From Azolla caroliniana (taxonomy: Eukaryota > Plantae > Polypodiophyta), in the NCBI GenBank assembly GCA_043228905.1, contig JBHGNT010000007.1:12710001-12774000 (forward strand): a DNA stretch of 64,000 bases. Direction: 5' to 3'. Each line of letters opens with the position of its first letter. Position 1 is the stretch's first letter. Shown in pieces: positions 60,888 to 64,000 of this stretch. The notes beneath the pieces were generated by a model that was given only the letters and a program-made list of their open reading frames with translations, had not been told where the DNA came from and did not search any database. A program made the position numbers and the translations under genes.

Positions 60888-61685
60888 TGTCGTAGTGTAG
60901 GTTGCACACTATGTGGAAATTATATTTTTGTCCCTCCGGATAGAGAATGGAGTGCTCGGTGAGAACCGGAAGAAAACGGCATACCGGCAAGGAAGAGCCG
61001 GATAAAGAGACATAAATGTAAAAAATAAGGAAATACTCACTACTACACAGGGCGTGATTCAAACTCTGCACCTCCACATTGACAAACCTCAACCTTACCA
61101 TTACATTAACTTATCTTAAGTGTTTTAAATATAGATTTAATACGTATAAGACCTTTATTTATGCATACCTTTATTAAAAGGTAAATCGTGTATTTTTTTA
61201 ATACATGAAAAAGAAAAAACACGAGACACTAAAAATAACTCATGCACATCTAGCGTGCATGAGCCCTATACTTAGGAAATAAAAAAGCATCACATGCACA
61301 TTTAGTGGACATGAACACTTTTTGTAAAAAAAAGCATGAAGCCATGCTTAGCTCTTCTTTCCTTATATAAGGAGGAGAGAAATATGTAAAGGGTTGTTGA
61401 TTATTTGGATTAAGTATTAATCAATACAAAAATTATTCGTGGGATTCACGATTTATACATCTACTTCTCTCTTAACACCCTAAGTACCAATTAATATAGT
61501 ATACTCGTGTGATTCACGAGTTTCTTATCTTTCTCTTCGCTATTTATTCATAATTAATCTCTATCTCACGAACTTCTTTCTCCTAGTCCAAGACCTCTGT
61601 GGTTCCCACCCGACTCACGCAACGATCCGGAGCCGAAAGGCACGACACAGTTGGTGAACCCGACGTGAAGACGGGTGGCAAGGAG

Positions 61686-63725
61686 ATGGAGGCTCAACAA
61701 GCTAACAATATGATGGCGATGTTCGAACGGATGCTTCAAGAACAACGCACGATGTCGGAGATTTCGGCATCAGTAGAGCGGCTCGTGCAACGCAACGGGC
61801 AATTTAATGGTAAGGATGTGTCGCGATATTTGCAGGACTACAAGGCGGAGATGCTCCGGTGCCGGGCTTCGGAAGGACTGCAAGTGACATCCTTTAACCG
61901 GGTGGCGACCGACGGGCTTCAAGGGAGTATCCACTGGTTGCAACAACAAAATCCGACGTGGGAAGCATTCGAAGAGGCGTTAAAGACCACGTTTGCCATC
62001 GAGGACTCCTCCAAGGCAACGCGGAGGGGATTCGAGGATTGGGTGGAAACGTCAGGTAAGGGGCTGAAGGTCCTCGAAGTGTTTTCGACATTCGAAAGTC
62101 GGTTCGGGAGGTTGTCCGCGAGAGATCAAACTATTCTTGCACCGGACAAAGTCATCATGTTTTTGCGAGCTGTGGACGTCCGGGACCGGAAAGATCTCGG
62201 AGTGCTTCTTGAGGACACGGCCACCGAAAGCGGCCTCACCGAAACATGGGAAAGCGTGCGGGATATCGTCGCGCGGTACACGAAGAGGGGGCAATGGCTT
62301 GCCAACGAAGAAAAGAGGGTTTCGGAACCGATTCCGAAACCGAGAACGGGACTGGAAGACCATCAACCGAGGGCTCGGGAGATTACGGCCGAGAAGGGAG
62401 TCGACGCGTCTACGGTGGAGCAGCTGCTGAAGGAGATGGAGAATCTAAAGATCGCGATGGTGAAGAAGTCGGATGACCGCCCCACAAGCTCCAAATATAC
62501 GGATCGACAGTGCATATGGTGCGATAGCGCCGAACACGATCGGAGGGATTGCGACGACCATAAGGAGGCGCTACGACGGGATCTCATCTACTACGAGGGA
62601 AACCGGATTCATTCGATGGACTCTCGGAAGCCACTCCGACCGAACTTCCGGAAAGGCGGCATGAAGAAGGTGCTCGAGGAGGAGTTAGCGGCAAGAAGCA
62701 ACTATGCGACAACCGCGGGAATATGTGTCGGGGAGTCATCGGGAGCGAAGGCGTCTTTCTGGCCGGAGGTGCTAGGAAACACCGAGAAAACCGACTCCAA
62801 CGATATCCGAAACACCGCGGAAGGCGTCCGGGAAGCTACGGGATGGGAGTGCCCTGTCGACAAGAATAGCATATACGCCCTGTGTCAATTACATGAGGTG
62901 TATGTGGACGAGAAACGACGGCGCACGGAGGATGCGGCCGGACCATCGAAGATACCGGAAAGCTGGAACTCCGGAGGTAAGGGAAAAGAAAAGGCGACTC
63001 CGGCATTCAAGCTCGCCTCGGACATAGAACAACAAACCGACTTGAAAAGAGTGTTCGAGGAAAGAATCTTGGATAGCCGGGTAGATTTTTCGCTGCGGGA
63101 ACTACTCGGAATAGCGAAGAAGGAGTTTCACGATCTTCTCGTGGATCTCGTAAAAAGGAAGAGACAAAGTACGGAGGAAAATGCTCCAAGGGTGAATGCA
63201 AATACCGTTTCAATGAACGACACCGAAGTGGAAGGTGAAATTCCGAACTCCCACTATACAAGGCCACACTGGGCACGTGCGACTACGGAGACTCCGGTCC
63301 GAATCGGCAACATCAAAGAACCCGTGCTAGCATTGATTGATCACGGATCGGAGATCAACTTGATGTCCAAGGAGTTCTACCGAAAGGGGAAGTGGCCTAT
63401 AAACACCAACCATGGATGGAAGATTCGGGCAGCCACGAAAACGACAGAAGACCTATTTGCGGCTTGTCTGGATGTGACGGTAAAGATCGGGGATGTCGAA
63501 ATTGACCAAAATTTCTTTGTGCAGGATGAGGTTTCACATTCTGTCATCCTCGGCCAACCCTTTATCACGGCTTCACGGATGGAGACGAAGGTGCTCGATA
63601 GTGGTGCGGCTTTTGCGCGAATTCGGAGCCAAAACGGAGGGAAATCCGTCCAATTCCTAACGGTGCCGACAAATCACGAAAGGAACAAGAGGGAACTCTT
63701 GTCCCAAGTGAGAATGGATTTTTAA
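61686..63725 (+). CDS. G3 Gag-protease polyprotein (about 679 aa from ATG 61686)
   Basis: Open ORF with the zinc knuckle CIWCDSAEHDRRDC and protease ALIDHGSEIN...VILGQPF. It ends ATG GAT TTT TAA. Confidence 0.9.
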   Translation: MEAQQANNMMAMFERMLQEQRTMSEISASVERLVQRNGQFNGKDVSRYLQDYKAEMLRCRASEGLQVTSFNRVATDGLQGSIHWLQQQNPTWEAFEEALKTTFAIEDSSKATRRGFEDWVETSGKGLKVLEVFSTFESRFGRLSARDQTILAPDKVIMFLRAVDVRDRKDLGVLLEDTATESGLTETWESVRDIVARYTKRGQWLANEEKRVSEPIPKPRTGLEDHQPRAREITAEKGVDASTVEQLLKEMENLKIAMVKKSDDRPTSSKYTDRQCIWCDSAEHDRRDCDDHKEALRRDLIYYEGNRIHSMDSRKPLRPNFRKGGMKKVLEEELAARSNYATTAGICVGESSGAKASFWPEVLGNTEKTDSNDIRNTAEGVREATGWECPVDKNSIYALCQLHEVYVDEKRRRTEDAAGPSKIPESWNSGGKGKEKATPAFKLASDIEQQTDLKRVFEERILDSRVDFSLRELLGIAKKEFHDLLVDLVKRKRQSTEENAPRVNANTVSMNDTEVEGEIPNSHYTRPHWARATTETPVRIGNIKEPVLALIDHGSEINLMSKEFYRKGKWPINTNHGWKIRAATKTTEDLFAACLDVTVKIGDVEIDQNFFVQDEVSHSVILGQPFITASRMETKVLDSGAAFARIRSQNGGKSVQFLTVPTNHERNKRELLSQVRMDF

Positions 63726-64000
63726 AGCGGACTGTTGCGGAGTGGGGAAGTGATAGTCCGAGAAGCCCTGATACCCCACACAGGAAGAAAACTCTCGGAG
63801 CAAAACAAGTACGAATCGGGCCGGATGGGGCATCTACGTACACGGCCGTAACCGGAGGAATGAAGAAACAATACCGACAAGTGGAGGATAAGTTACGGTC
63901 GGCATCAATAATAAAAGAAGACGAAGAAATCGTGGGAGTGATCGAGGAAGTGTTCTATGGGAATACACTACAACGGCTTGAAGAGCTTGCGGAAGATAAA
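63716..64000 (+). CDS. G3 Pol N-terminus in the -1 frame (partial, open to the window end)
   Basis: Manual translation GFLKRTVAEWGSDSPRSPD...EEIVGVIEEVFYGNTLQRLEELAEDK has no stop and aligns with the pol starts of G1 and G2. Confidence 0.8.

Larger units (their letters stand above)
60888..64000 (+). mobile_element. Ty3/Gypsy element 'G3', 5' part (LTR 60888-61647, PBS 61652-61669, intact gag-protease, start of pol)
   Basis: TGTCGTAG...CACGACA LTR with left flank CCGT (60884-60887), perfect PBS TGGTGAACCCGACGTGAA, and an uninterrupted ORF. Confidence 0.93.

Noticed and set aside
694-61647. Hammerhead ribozyme (retrozyme) in the LTRs, prompted by the 4-bp TSDs
   Set aside because: I found no CUGAnGA...GAAA core with supporting stems by eye. 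An Infernal search would be needed to exclude it fully.

Overview
Eukaryotic land-plant genomic DNA (possibly a fern or other seed-free plant; this is inference only). About 60% of the window is nested transposable elements. There are three intact-looking host genes: an Elongin-B-like ubiquitin-fold gene (-), a 9-exon lipoxygenase (+) with a remodelled active site, and a CUC/NAC1-like NAC transcription factor (+). The TEs are three Ty1/Copia elements or fragments, an RTEX-like LINE, a ZNF862-like hAT transposon, and seven insertions of one non-chromovirus Ty3/Gypsy group. That Gypsy group is the most striking signal. All seven insertions sit at a 4-bp target with a central CpG (ACGT, CCGT, ACGC, GCGG). 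The elements also share a tRNA-Trp primer-binding site offset 4-8 nt from the LTR, an Asp-His-Gly protease in the gag frame, a candidate -1 frameshift signal (G GAU UUU plus hairpin) after the protease, and small conserved RNA hairpins. Gag-only and RT-deleted derivatives are present. All coordinates were read by eye and no database search was run.
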